Shown: positions 9,741 to 19,636, counted from the first letter of the stretch. The stretch: 64,000 nucleotides of DNA from Acidobacteriota bacterium (GCA_965263035.1 OZ253580.1:4288001-4352000); one strand, 5' to 3'. Notes: generated from the sequence alone by a model not told the origin. Program-made: numbers and translations.

Positions 9741-11417
9741 TCAATCAATCGCAGCGGCGTGCCGGCCTGCCGCCGGATCCCCCGCGGCGTGGATGAGTCC
9801 CTTCTCCTGATCGATGTAGATCATCACCGGCCGGGCGATGTAGCCGTCGGTGGTGGTCAGGCGGTGCCCCTGCCGCTTCAATTCCTCCTGGACTTCCTGG
9901 GTGACGCCGCTGTGGACCTGCAGGCTGCCCGCCTTGATGAAAGCCTCGTCGCGGTTCGGATTCGGGTCGAAGGAATTCTGGTGGTGATCCGTGTTGAAGC
10001 GGGACGCGGTCACCGCCTTTTCCGGAAGCATGCCGAATTCCACGTGGTTCAGAAGCACGTTCAAAGTGGTCTGATCCTGCAGGTCGCCTCCCGCCACGCT
10101 GATGGCGATGACCGGCTTGCCGTCCCGGGTGACCAGGGTGGGCGTCAGGGTGATCCGGGGCCGCTTTCCCGGCTGGATGCGATTGGGATGGCCCCGGGTG
10201 GTGTTCAGGCTCCGGAGACGGTTCCCAGTGGTGACGCCCGAAGGTCCGGGGAGGTTGCCCGACAGGTTGCAGCTGGGAGTGGCGGCCACCACGTTGCCCC
10301 ACTTGTCCGCCACCACGCAGGTGGTGGTGTCGCTGATGGGGATCCGATTCGGATTGTTCCCGGCCCGCATCATCCCCTTGAGCGGCTTCATGTGGTGGGG
10401 ATCTCCCGGCCGGCGCTCCAGGGACGCTCGATTCGGATCGATCAGTGACCGGCGGACCCGCGCATACTCCCGCGACAGGAGGGCCTTCATGGGGACCCGG
10501 GCGAAGAGGGGATCTCCGTAGTATTCGTCCCGGTCGGCGAAGGCCAGCTTCAACGACTCGGTGAGGGTGTGGATGTAGCCGGACGAGAGATGCCCCATCC
10601 GCTTCAGGTCGAAGCCCTCAAGCAATCTGAGGGCTTGGCACAGGGCCGGTCCCTGGGTCCAGGATGGGCATTTGTAGACGGTGTAGCCCCGGTAGTCCAC
10701 CGAGACCGGATCCTCGACCCGGGTCACATGGGCCGCCAGATCCTTCTTCCGGAGGAAAGAGCCGGTGGCGATGTACCATGCCTCGAGCTCGTCGGCCACG
10801 TCCCCTTTGTAGAAGCGGTCCCGGGCCGCGGTCAGCTTCTCTTCCCGGCTTCCGCTGGCCTTCCGCTCGGCGTCCACCAGTTTCCGGAAGGTAACGGCCA
10901 ACTTGGGATGCCACTCTTCCGATCCGGCGTCCAGGATCTCCAGCACCGGGGCCGACGCTTCCGCGAAGGACTTGGTGCCATAGAGCTTTAGGGCGGTGAT
11001 GCAAAGGTCCACGGCACCGGGCGTCGGCGCGGCCTTCATGCTGCCCTGGGCCGGGATCGTGTTGGCGTAGTACCAGTCGATGGCGGCTTGATCCAGCGGG
11101 GCCCGTCCCAGGCCGGAGAGGACCTTCACCTCCTCCTTCTTGGCGTCGTAGATCAGGAAAGGGATTTCGCCGCCGATGGCGAACATCCCGTAGTCGGTCA
11201 CCGAGAGTGCCAGCAGGGTGGCGGCGGCCGCATCGGCGGCGTTCCCGCCTGCTTCCAGCATCCGGATGCCGGCTGCCACCGCGTCGGGGTGTCCGGCCGC
11301 CACGGCGCCTCCCGTGCCCGAGGCCTTCCAACTGATGTGGCCCGAAGCCCAGCCGGTTCCCACCAGACACGCCAGGATCCCGGGCAGAATCAATAAAACC
11401 AGTGTCGAGTTGCGCAT
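9741..11417 (-). CDS. Gamma-glutamyltransferase family protein
   Basis: GGNAADAA, FYKGDVA, LKLAFADRD.Y.GDP, DTT (nucleophile Thr) and PGKRPRITLTP motifs. Confidence 0.9.
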   Translation of the reverse strand: MRNSTLVLLILPGILACLVGTGWASGHISWKASGTGGAVAAGHPDAVAAGIRMLEAGGNAADAAAATLLALSVTDYGMFAIGGEIPFLIYDAKKEEVKVLSGLGRAPLDQAAIDWYYANTIPAQGSMKAAPTPGAVDLCITALKLYGTKSFAEASAPVLEILDAGSEEWHPKLAVTFRKLVDAERKASGSREEKLTAARDRFYKGDVADELEAWYIATGSFLRKKDLAAHVTRVEDPVSVDYRGYTVYKCPSWTQGPALCQALRLLEGFDLKRMGHLSSGYIHTLTESLKLAFADRDEYYGDPLFARVPMKALLSREYARVRRSLIDPNRASLERRPGDPHHMKPLKGMMRAGNNPNRIPISDTTTCVVADKWGNVVAATPSCNLSGNLPGPSGVTTGNRLRSLNTTRGHPNRIQPGKRPRITLTPTLVTRDGKPVIAISVAGGDLQDQTTLNVLLNHVEFGMLPEKAVTASRFNTDHHQNSFDPNPNRDEAFIKAGSLQVHSGVTQEVQEELKRQGHRLTTTDGYIARPVMIYIDQEKGLIHAAGDPAAGRHAAAID

Positions 11418-11677
11418 GATCCAATCTCCCATCCGGCTCCGGTTGTACACCAGGAGACGGGCTCCGGCAAGGAAAGAGGAGAGAGAAAAGAGAGCAAGAG
11501 GACCGAGAGAAGCTCCTCCACTGGCTGGGTTCGGCGGAGTCATCGGAGAAACAAGGTAACGAGTTGATCTGGCTCAAGTGCGCTCGTCAGGATGACTGCG
11601 CGTCCCCTTACCCGCAACACGAACCCCTCCGCTTCCGTCTTCGCTCTTTCCTCTTTCCTCTTTCCTCGGAAGCGGGG

Positions 11678-13216
11678 TCAGTTACGGAACCGGATCGAGT
11701 AGAGGTCGGCGTCCTTCATGACGAACCGGAGCCGAATCGGCTTGCCGGAGAGTGAGCCGACGTCAGGGCCATTCTTCCAGTGGACCACCCGTTCCAGGTG
11801 ATCCCCGAAGATCTCGGGACAGTCGTCCAAGGTGTAACCGGGTAGGGGCCTCCCGCCGGCGTCCTGGATCTCCACCCGCACGCTCCCGGCGACGGAAGTG
11901 GAGAAATTCATTTCCAGCCGGTGGCCCCTGAACCTGAGGGGCCGGGTGGTGAACTCGCCCCCTTTGGCGGGAGCGTTGACGGAGACGAAGCCGTCCACTC
12001 GAATAATGAAGCGGCGCAGATTGGTGTAGGCCCCTCTCCAATAGTGCTCGGTGGCATAGATGGAGATTTCATCGGGGGCGCCCGGCAGGTCCGACTTGGT
12101 CTCGATCAGCCCCCAGTTCTGGTAGTTGTCGCCGTAGACCCAGTTGTCGGTGTAACGCAGCCCCGGCCGGATGAAGGCTTCCCCCCAGCGATGGAACACC
12201 TGGCCGTCGCGGCTGCTCATGAAGAGCCCGTCGGTCACAGCGGTGCCGTACCGCTGCGAGGTCCTCTTTGTGCCCGATGCGGTGGTGTAGCTGCTGAGAT
12301 TGGCCCGGGCCAGGCGTTCCTTCAGCTCCGGCAGCGCCCTCATGGCGTCGGACCAGCCGCGGTCCAGATAGCGGGCCGGAAAACCCAGGTAGATGTGGGG
12401 CGCCCGGTAGTAGGGAATGATGTTGTTGGTGTAGAGCTGCTCGGACGGCGCTCCCGGGTACTCGAGCCACTCCCCGGGCGTCCAATGGATGTAATCCTGG
12501 GAGGTGGCGGTCTTGATGTCCCGAACGCCGTTTCTGAAATCCCGGTAGTAGGCCCGGTAATGGCCCTTTCGATGGTCCCAGAAGGCCAGGTTGTGGCTGT
12601 CGAAAGCACCGTCGGTCAGGACCGGTTCATTGCCGACCGGGGACCAGTGGATGCCGTCGGCCGACTGGGCGGCCATGAGGCCGCCGTTGCCGTTGTAGAA
12701 GGCCTTGTAGCGGGCCTCCGGGGGGCAATCGGGATTGGTGTCCTTGAACGCCCCCCAATTGTCCAGTTTCTCACTGGCCCAGACGATGTTGTTCTTCTTG
12801 GAACCGTTGAACTCGAACAGTCCCACCTCCGGCCGGACCCAGTTCTTGCCGTCCTTGCTCTCGGCGTAGGCAATCAGGACGTCATGGACGGGAATGCTTG
12901 AGGGTTCGTGAGCCCAGGCATCGTAGTACATCCGGAAGAGATCCCCGTCCTGAAAGATGGAGTAGTAGTTGCAGCCGTTGCCCTCCCACAGCTTGTCGTG
13001 GTGTATCACGATCTCTTTGGGCATGGGATGGTGGAGTTGCAGCCGCACTCCGGACAAGTTCTCGATCAGGTAGCCGTCGACGAACAGCTCACGCTTCGAG
13101 CCCATGTCCATGACCGCGTTCTCCTGGGCCGTGGCGGGCACCCACAGCAGCAGGATGACAATGGGAGCCGCGAGCGCCCGAGACGCAGGTCGACGACGCG
13201 GATTGCATGAGATCAT
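11678..13216 (-). CDS. Secreted beta-propeller glycoside-hydrolase-like protein (paralog of 6312-7787)
   Basis: KRELFVDGYLI, YAESKDGKNW, DGAFDSHN, EQLYTN and MKDADLYSIRF are shared with 6312-7787. Confidence 0.78.
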   Translation of the reverse strand: MISCNPRRRPASRALAAPIVILLLWVPATAQENAVMDMGSKRELFVDGYLIENLSGVRLQLHHPMPKEIVIHHDKLWEGNGCNYYSIFQDGDLFRMYYDAWAHEPSSIPVHDVLIAYAESKDGKNWVRPEVGLFEFNGSKKNNIVWASEKLDNWGAFKDTNPDCPPEARYKAFYNGNGGLMAAQSADGIHWSPVGNEPVLTDGAFDSHNLAFWDHRKGHYRAYYRDFRNGVRDIKTATSQDYIHWTPGEWLEYPGAPSEQLYTNNIIPYYRAPHIYLGFPARYLDRGWSDAMRALPELKERLARANLSSYTTASGTKRTSQRYGTAVTDGLFMSSRDGQVFHRWGEAFIRPGLRYTDNWVYGDNYQNWGLIETKSDLPGAPDEISIYATEHYWRGAYTNLRRFIIRVDGFVSVNAPAKGGEFTTRPLRFRGHRLEMNFSTSVAGSVRVEIQDAGGRPLPGYTLDDCPEIFGDHLERVVHWKNGPDVGSLSGKPIRLRFVMKDADLYSIRFRN

Positions 13217-13312
13217 TTTCGTCCTCCCCGAATGGTCCAAATGCCTATCGTACACTTCCGGCGGCGGTCAATTCGCCAAATTCCCAATTCGTAATTCGTA
13301 ATTGCCGCCAGT

Positions 13313-14446
13313 ATGATGTCGCCCATGAACGTGGGGGTGGTGGGCGGCGGCATATTCGGTCTGGCCGCCGCACTGGAGTTGCTCGACCGGGGGCACCGGG
13401 TGACCGTTCTGGAACGGGAGGGAATTCCCGGGAGCCGCGCCAGTTCCAACGACGTCTCCAAGGTCATCCGCCGGATCGGCTATCAGCACGAAACCTACGT
13501 TGAGCTGGTCGAGCGAGCCGACTGCCAGTGGAGGATCTGGCAGGAACAGGTCGGCGGGTCATTCCTTTTCCGAACGGGACAGGTGTCGATCGTCAGCGGG
13601 TCTTCTCACTACACGTCTCACTATCGGACCTGGTCGGGCCCGGACCTGACCGCGGACAGTTCCCAATATTTGTCCGCGAAGGAAGCTCGCACCCGATTTC
13701 CCCAATTCCGCTATCTCGAAGACGACACCGTTCGCTACGACCCCTGGACCGGTTACTTGCGCAGTGGGCAGGCGGTGGCCGATCTGGCTGGTCTGGCGCA
13801 AGCCCGGGGCATCGAGATTCGGCCCGAGTTCCCGGTCGCCGAACTCGAGGAGACAGGTGCTACCGTACATGTCCGCTCGGGGGCGGAGGTGCTGACCTTC
13901 GACCGCGTCGTGGCGGCCGCCGGCGCCTGGATCGTCCAGCTCTGGCCGGGACTCGCGCAGCACCTGTATCTCACCCGGAACCAGATGGTCTTTTTCATTC
14001 CCCGGGACCGGGAGCTCTTCAGCCGGCAGAAGCTTCCCATCTGGTCCGTGAACACGGGTCAAGAGGCCTGGTATGGGTTTCCCATGCTTGCGGAGGGCTA
14101 TGTCAAGGTCGCCGACGACCTCAAGGACGACGAGACCCATCCGGAAGTGGAGCGCACCAACACCGATCGCTTCATCGAACGGGTCTCCCGATTTGTCCAG
14201 GAGCGCATGCCCGGCTTGCACGGCGCCGAGATGGTGGGCGGGCGCTCCTGTCTGTACACCAACACTCCGGACGACCATTTCGTGATCGACTGGGCCCCCG
14301 GCTCCCGGAACATCCTGATCGCCGGTTGCGGCAGCGGTCACGGCTTCAAGTTCGGCGGTTCCATCGGACCCGTCATCGCCGACGCATTGGAGGAAAAGCA
14401 CAATCCCCTGGGGGATCTGTTTCGGATCGGCACTCGTTTCGATTAG
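13313..14446 (+). CDS. FAD-dependent oxidoreductase, monomeric sarcosine oxidase/MTOX-like
   Basis: VVGGGIFG dinucleotide motif, SKVIR, CLYTNTPDDHFVID and GSGHGFKFG. Confidence 0.88.
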   Translation: MMSPMNVGVVGGGIFGLAAALELLDRGHRVTVLEREGIPGSRASSNDVSKVIRRIGYQHETYVELVERADCQWRIWQEQVGGSFLFRTGQVSIVSGSSHYTSHYRTWSGPDLTADSSQYLSAKEARTRFPQFRYLEDDTVRYDPWTGYLRSGQAVADLAGLAQARGIEIRPEFPVAELEETGATVHVRSGAEVLTFDRVVAAAGAWIVQLWPGLAQHLYLTRNQMVFFIPRDRELFSRQKLPIWSVNTGQEAWYGFPMLAEGYVKVADDLKDDETHPEVERTNTDRFIERVSRFVQERMPGLHGAEMVGGRSCLYTNTPDDHFVIDWAPGSRNILIAGCGSGHGFKFGGSIGPVIADALEEKHNPLGDLFRIGTRFD

Positions 14447-14506
14447 GTGTCGCTTCGAAACGACCTCCATGATCGCGCGGGGGAATTCGTCACGGGAGGG
14501 CAGGAC

Positions 14507-15508
14507 ATGAGTGAGCGGGCCAAAGCACTTTACGATAACGCCATCGTCATCGACGGTCTGAATGTGAGCAATTGGGACAGTCCGGCGGTGTACGCCAACT
14601 TGCAAAAGGGCCGCATCACCGCCATCAGCGCCACCCTGGCGACTTGGGAGGGCTTTCAGGAGACGATGGGCTACGTCGCCGGATGGCTACGCCGCTTTCG
14701 GGAACGGGACGACATCGTCCAGGTCAAGAGCGCGGAGGACATCCGGCAGGCGAAGCGGACCGGTCAAACCGGCGTCATCCTCAGCTTCCAGAACGCCTCC
14801 CCCATCGAGAACGACCTGGATCGGTTGGCGCTCTTTCACGCGTTGGGGGTCAAGGTCATTCAGTTGACCTACCACGAACGGAATCTGCTGGGAAACGGTT
14901 GCTTCGAGCGCCGCGACGACGGGTTGAGCAATTTCGGCATGGATGCGGTCCGGGAGATGAACCGCCTGGGGATTCTCATCGATCTCTCCCACGTGGGGGA
15001 CCGGACGACGCTGGAGGCCATCGAGGCTTCGGAAAAACCCGTGACCGTCACCCACGCCAACGCGCGAGCCTTTTACGACCATCCCCGGAACAAGCAGGAT
15101 GAGGCGCTGAAACGTTTGGCGGAAAAGGGCGGGGTCGTGGGCACGACCCCCTTCTGCAATTTTCTGCCGAAGCGATTCGAGTCGACTCTCGAGGACTACA
15201 TCGACGCCGTCGACGACATGGTGCAGAGGATCGGCATCGATCACGTGGCGGTGGGAACCGACAATACCCAGGATCAGCCGCTCTCCTTCTGGCGTTACAT
15301 CTCCTCGCAGCAGGGAACGCGCTACCCGTCGACCTTCAGTGACACGTCCCTGGACTATGAAAACCTCTCCTTCCAGCCCAAAGGTCTGGAGGGGCCGCAC
15401 GAGTTTCCCAATCTGGCGGAGGCTCTGCTGAACCGGGGGTACTCGGACGAGGACACGCTGAAGATCCTGGGTGGAAACTGGATGCGGATCTTCGAAGAAG
15501 TTTGGTAG
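14507..15508 (+). CDS. Membrane/renal dipeptidase family (peptidase M19)
   Basis: QLTY, GLSNFG..VREMNRLG..IDLSH, THAN...HPRNK.D, GIDHVAVGTD and KILGGNW motifs. Confidence 0.9.
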   Translation: MSERAKALYDNAIVIDGLNVSNWDSPAVYANLQKGRITAISATLATWEGFQETMGYVAGWLRRFRERDDIVQVKSAEDIRQAKRTGQTGVILSFQNASPIENDLDRLALFHALGVKVIQLTYHERNLLGNGCFERRDDGLSNFGMDAVREMNRLGILIDLSHVGDRTTLEAIEASEKPVTVTHANARAFYDHPRNKQDEALKRLAEKGGVVGTTPFCNFLPKRFESTLEDYIDAVDDMVQRIGIDHVAVGTDNTQDQPLSFWRYISSQQGTRYPSTFSDTSLDYENLSFQPKGLEGPHEFPNLAEALLNRGYSDEDTLKILGGNWMRIFEEVW

Positions 15509-15547
15509 CCGGCGATCGATGGGTTGCCGGGTTCAGGGACTCAACCC

Positions 15548-16579
15548 ATGACTGAGACCGGAGACGTTGGATTTCCGGATCCGGCAACTCTGTTCCGCGC
15601 CCGGGACAGCATCTACTCCGCTGACCTGCTGCTTGCCGCCGCGGTCCACCTGGACCTGTTCTCCCGTCTGGAGACCCAAGTCATGGACCGGCACGGCATC
15701 TGTTCCACGCTGGGAATCCAGGACCGCCCGGCGGACGTGATGATGACGCTGTTCGCCGCCATGGGCCTGGTCGAGCGCCGGGACGATGGCTATGGATTGA
15801 CGCCGCTCTCCCGGTCCTTCCTGATCCAGGGTTCGCCGCGCAGCCTTCTGCCTTATTTCGCCTCCATGGGGGAGCGCTCCGTCTGCAGGGAGATGCTGAA
15901 CGTGCTGCGAACCGGGAAGCCGGCCAACTGGGCCGACACCAACCAGCAGGAGTGGAAGTCCGCCATGGAGGATGCGGATTTCGCCGAGTCGTTCACGGCT
16001 GCCATGGACAGCCGGGGAGCCTACTTCGCTCCTCTCCTGGCCAAGTGCCTGAACTGCAGGGACCGGAGGCGGCTGTTGGACATCGGCGGCGGCTCCGGCA
16101 TCTACGCCTGCCATCTGGTCCGGGAATACCCTCATCTCGAGGCGTCGATTCTGGAGAAACCGCCGGCGGACGCCGTGGCGGGCGGCTTCATCGAGACGAT
16201 GGGCCTGTCGGAGCGGATCGGGATCGTCGCCGGCGACATGTTCCAAGAGATTCCCGCTGGGCATGACGTTCACTTGTTTTCAAACGTGCTTCACGACTGG
16301 GACATGGGCAATGTCGAGCGTATCCTGGCCCGCTCATTCGAAGCGCTCATGCCCGGCGGGTCGATCGCGATTCACGATACGCACATCAACGCCTCCAAGA
16401 CGGGGCCGCTGGAGGTCGCCGAGTACTCGGTGCTGCTCATGCACTCGACGGAGGGGAAATGCTATTCCGTATCGGAAATGAGCGTCCTGCTTGAGGCGGC
16501 CGGCTTCGTGGATATTGAATTCGTCCCCATGAAGTGTCATCGAAGCCTGATTGCGGCCAGGAAACGGCGATCGGGATAG
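15548..16579 (+). CDS. SAM-dependent O-methyltransferase (dimerisation + Methyltransf_2)
   Basis: LLDIGGGSG, AGDMF and SNVLHDW motifs. Confidence 0.9.
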   Translation: MTETGDVGFPDPATLFRARDSIYSADLLLAAAVHLDLFSRLETQVMDRHGICSTLGIQDRPADVMMTLFAAMGLVERRDDGYGLTPLSRSFLIQGSPRSLLPYFASMGERSVCREMLNVLRTGKPANWADTNQQEWKSAMEDADFAESFTAAMDSRGAYFAPLLAKCLNCRDRRRLLDIGGGSGIYACHLVREYPHLEASILEKPPADAVAGGFIETMGLSERIGIVAGDMFQEIPAGHDVHLFSNVLHDWDMGNVERILARSFEALMPGGSIAIHDTHINASKTGPLEVAEYSVLLMHSTEGKCYSVSEMSVLLEAAGFVDIEFVPMKCHRSLIAARKRRSG

Positions 16580-16636
16580 CCCACAGTCGGTCCACAACGG
16601 CAGCCCGAAGCGACGGACGCTTGCCGTCTGCGTTGC

Positions 16637-17494
16637 TCACCCTTGCGCGATCACCCACATGAATGACTGGACGTCGATATTGTCCCGCGGTTCAAGGACC
16701 GCCAGCTCCGACTTCAGATAGTCTGAGAACCGCAACATCTGGTTGTAGGTCGTCCAAGTAAGCTTCGGCGTGTACTTGAGGTCGAAGGCGCAGACGCGGG
16801 CGGCATTCTGCGAATACTTGGGTTTGATGAACTGGTGCCGGTCGGGGAACAGCATGAAGGGGAAGTAGGTCGCGATTGTCCATTTCGCAGCTCCCACTTC
16901 ATTGAGCACGGATGCGAATCGTTGGAACCGCAACCGAAACGCGTCCTCCCCGTGAAGCAGTGCGTGCAGCGCCACCGCAAATGTTTCCTTGCGTTTCGCC
17001 AGCTTCAGACCCTTCCTCAGAGCCATCTTCTCGTTGGGAAAGATCAGGTTCGTCTTGTTTACGGCTTGCAAAGCGGACCGGCAAACGTCTCCGAACGCCC
17101 GGGTCTTCAACAGCCGCTCCAGCTCATCCCGGCTCAAAATGGTTTTGGCCAGTTCATGGGCCGCGACCTTGTAGGCGCGTTCCTTTTTCAGATACCGGTC
17201 GTCGCGGAAGCCCCCCGGATACCGGTCGATGAAACCATCGATGGATTGGTTGACACTCTGATAAGCAGGCCCGGTTGCTGCCTTCGGGTCAATGCGGTCC
17301 AGCAACGGGTGGCTCGGTGGTGGATCCAGAATCGTCAAGGACACATGGTTCAACGACATGGTTTTAGCGCCGGTCTCAACGAAAAAAACACCCGCCTTGG
17401 GGCCCTGAACGAAAAGGATCTGACCGATCCCCCACTCATTTTTCGTCGGATGTCGGACGCGGTCGCCAACGGTCAGGTTCGGGGCCACCTTCAT
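16637..17494 (-). CDS. DUF3553-domain protein
   Basis: N-terminal VGDRVRHP...WGIGQI SH3-like motif; DNA appears more AT-rich than neighbours. Confidence 0.7.
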   Translation of the reverse strand: MKVAPNLTVGDRVRHPTKNEWGIGQILFVQGPKAGVFFVETGAKTMSLNHVSLTILDPPPSHPLLDRIDPKAATGPAYQSVNQSIDGFIDRYPGGFRDDRYLKKERAYKVAAHELAKTILSRDELERLLKTRAFGDVCRSALQAVNKTNLIFPNEKMALRKGLKLAKRKETFAVALHALLHGEDAFRLRFQRFASVLNEVGAAKWTIATYFPFMLFPDRHQFIKPKYSQNAARVCAFDLKYTPKLTWTTYNQMLRFSDYLKSELAVLEPRDNIDVQSFMWVIAQG

Positions 17495-17675
17495 ACCATA
17501 ACCAAGTTAGTCCCCACGTGCCACACAAGTTCGTGATTCGGTCCGGTCGGGGGATCGGTCTGCGATTGACGCAACCGCGAGGTTCAGCTTGCGCCCACCA
17601 AGGTCGAGCCCGGACGCCGGGTCGTCGGGGCGATGCCGAAAAGCAGGCATTTGACGCTCGATCGTGGCCCCGCGA

Positions 17676-18638
17676 TCAGAAACTGATACGGAGAGAAACC
17701 TGGAACTGCCTCCCCAGGAATCCGGACGTATACGAGAACGGTTTCGTCACCGGTCCCCGGCGACCCTCGTACGATGACGGAAGCTCGTCCAGCGCGAGCG
17801 TGTCCACGGTGCTTTCGACCTTCCTGAAATTGGTGCGGTTGAGCAGGTTGAAGCCTTCTACGACGACGTCCAGGCTCCTGTCCGCAATCAGGGGAAATTG
17901 GCGCTTCACACGCATGTCCACGGTGAAGTAGTCGGGTCCGTGGCCGACGTTTCGGCCCACGCTCCAGGGACGGTGTGTGTTGGTGTGGCGGTCGCCGACG
18001 TTGTCGTAGCCGGCATTGAGATCGAAAGGAGCGAAGGAGCGCACGGTGACGATCCCGGAGAGGGTCAGGCCGTCGATGGTGAAGGTGTTGCCACGTCCGC
18101 CGCCGCCGATGCCGAGGCCGGACGCGGGCGTCGGGGCGAGGCGCTGGTCTCGATCGTCCGCCACGTAGCTCGAGTCCACGACGCCTGGGGTCAGAAGCGC
18201 CAGGTCCCGGTAGTCGCGGCGGTTGATGGGGAGATCCTCGATGCTGACGGAATCGATGTGGTTGGACTGCTGGGTCTTGTCATGGGCGACGGTGATTCGT
18301 GTCGCCTCGGCGGTGATTTCGATCGCTTCGGCAGCCGCGGCCATCTTCGCGGAGAAGGTCTGGGTCTTTCCGACCGGCACCTCCAGATCCTGGACCACGT
18401 AGGGGGCAAACCCGGGAAAATCGAAGCGGAGCGTATAGAGGCCGGGGTCGATCCGGCTCAGGACGTATTCGCCGAGATCCGAAGTGAAGGTCTCGCGTGT
18501 GGCGCCGCGGCCCTGGTAGGGCGCGGTGACGGTCACCCCGGGGAGGACGGCCCGGGTCTGGCCGTAGACGTGGCCGCGGATGGTGCCGGGGTCGGTCTGG
18601 GCGCGCAGCAGGACGGCGCTCGCGAGTAGCACGAGCAC
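17676..18638 (-). pseudogene. Internally deleted copy of the TonB-dependent receptor gene
   Basis: N-terminus (to GNTFTIDGL) joined in frame to the C-terminus (TLSG...SLRISF) of the 19671-22862 paralog; most of the barrel is missing. Confidence 0.85.
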
Positions 18639-18736
18639 GGTTCCGGCACGACGAAAGGAACCGAACCGGGCAAGAATCGGCCGGGGGTGGCCTTGTAGTT
18701 AATCCTGATGCGAGATTCCCAACGGAGCCGGAGATC

Positions 18737-19636
18737 TTATGCCATGCCCGCCAGCAGGGTATTGCGGGCCGAATCGACCCGGACCTTGGAGTAGTGGAGG
18801 ATCTGGCAAAGTTCCTGGCCGGAGTCGTCCGTCACCGGCGTGGGCTTGCGCAGGATGAATTCCGCCAGATTGGGGGCCTTGTGATTGTGGGCCACGTGAG
18901 CCATCTCCAGGCGATCGATGACCGCGGTCTCTTCCAAATCGAAATCGGGGACCAGGAGCGGCCCCGTGTCGATCTGGTAGGAGTTGTCCTTGGGCATGAA
19001 GTTCATGGTCTTGATGGGGTATTCGATGACGTAACGCAATGGAAGCTGGGGGTCCTTGATCTCGGTGCGGCCCACCAGCGGGTGGTTGGCACCCGTCGCC
19101 TCATTGACCTCCGCCGGCGTTTGGAGCACCCGTGTATTGGGAAAGGTCACCACGTCGATGACCAGTGAACGGAAGTTGTCCTTCACCGGAGATCCCTTCG
19201 AGCCCCCGCCCTGGTAGGTCATCGCCTTGCCCACGCTTCGGTGCTGTTCCAGGGAATAGATCACGCGATATTCGCCGCTGGGGATCTGGAACAGCCGGTC
19301 TTCCTTGTAGACCCGCTCGGTCCGGCAGGGCTGAATCAGAATGAACCGGTCGCTTTCGCCGCTGGAGTCGTCGATGACGTCGATCATGGCGTCCAGCTGG
19401 ATTCGGGCCATGTTCCCGTGCGGAATGTCGTGCTTCTGGTTGGAACCGGGGTTAGGGAAATCCCAGGTCATGAAGGAGGTCTGGAAGTCGCAAGCCGGCC
19501 TCGCGGCGGATTCGTCGGAGCCGGATGCGGACTCTTCGGCCGGCGCTTGGCAGGCCATGGGGAGGATCCAGCTGCCTCCGGCCAGAGCCGCTCCCAACTG
19601 TCCCTGAAAATGACGGCGGGTCGATCGATTCAGCAT
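18737..19636 (-). CDS. Uncharacterised Tat-exported probable lipoprotein
   Basis: STRRHF twin-arginine motif, PMAC possible lipobox; strongly similar to the interrupted copy at 22888-25310. Confidence 0.8.
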   Translation of the reverse strand: MLNRSTRRHFQGQLGAALAGGSWILPMACQAPAEESASGSDESAARPACDFQTSFMTWDFPNPGSNQKHDIPHGNMARIQLDAMIDVIDDSSGESDRFILIQPCRTERVYKEDRLFQIPSGEYRVIYSLEQHRSVGKAMTYQGGGSKGSPVKDNFRSLVIDVVTFPNTRVLQTPAEVNEATGANHPLVGRTEIKDPQLPLRYVIEYPIKTMNFMPKDNSYQIDTGPLLVPDFDLEETAVIDRLEMAHVAHNHKAPNLAEFILRKPTPVTDDSGQELCQILHYSKVRVDSARNTLLAGMA

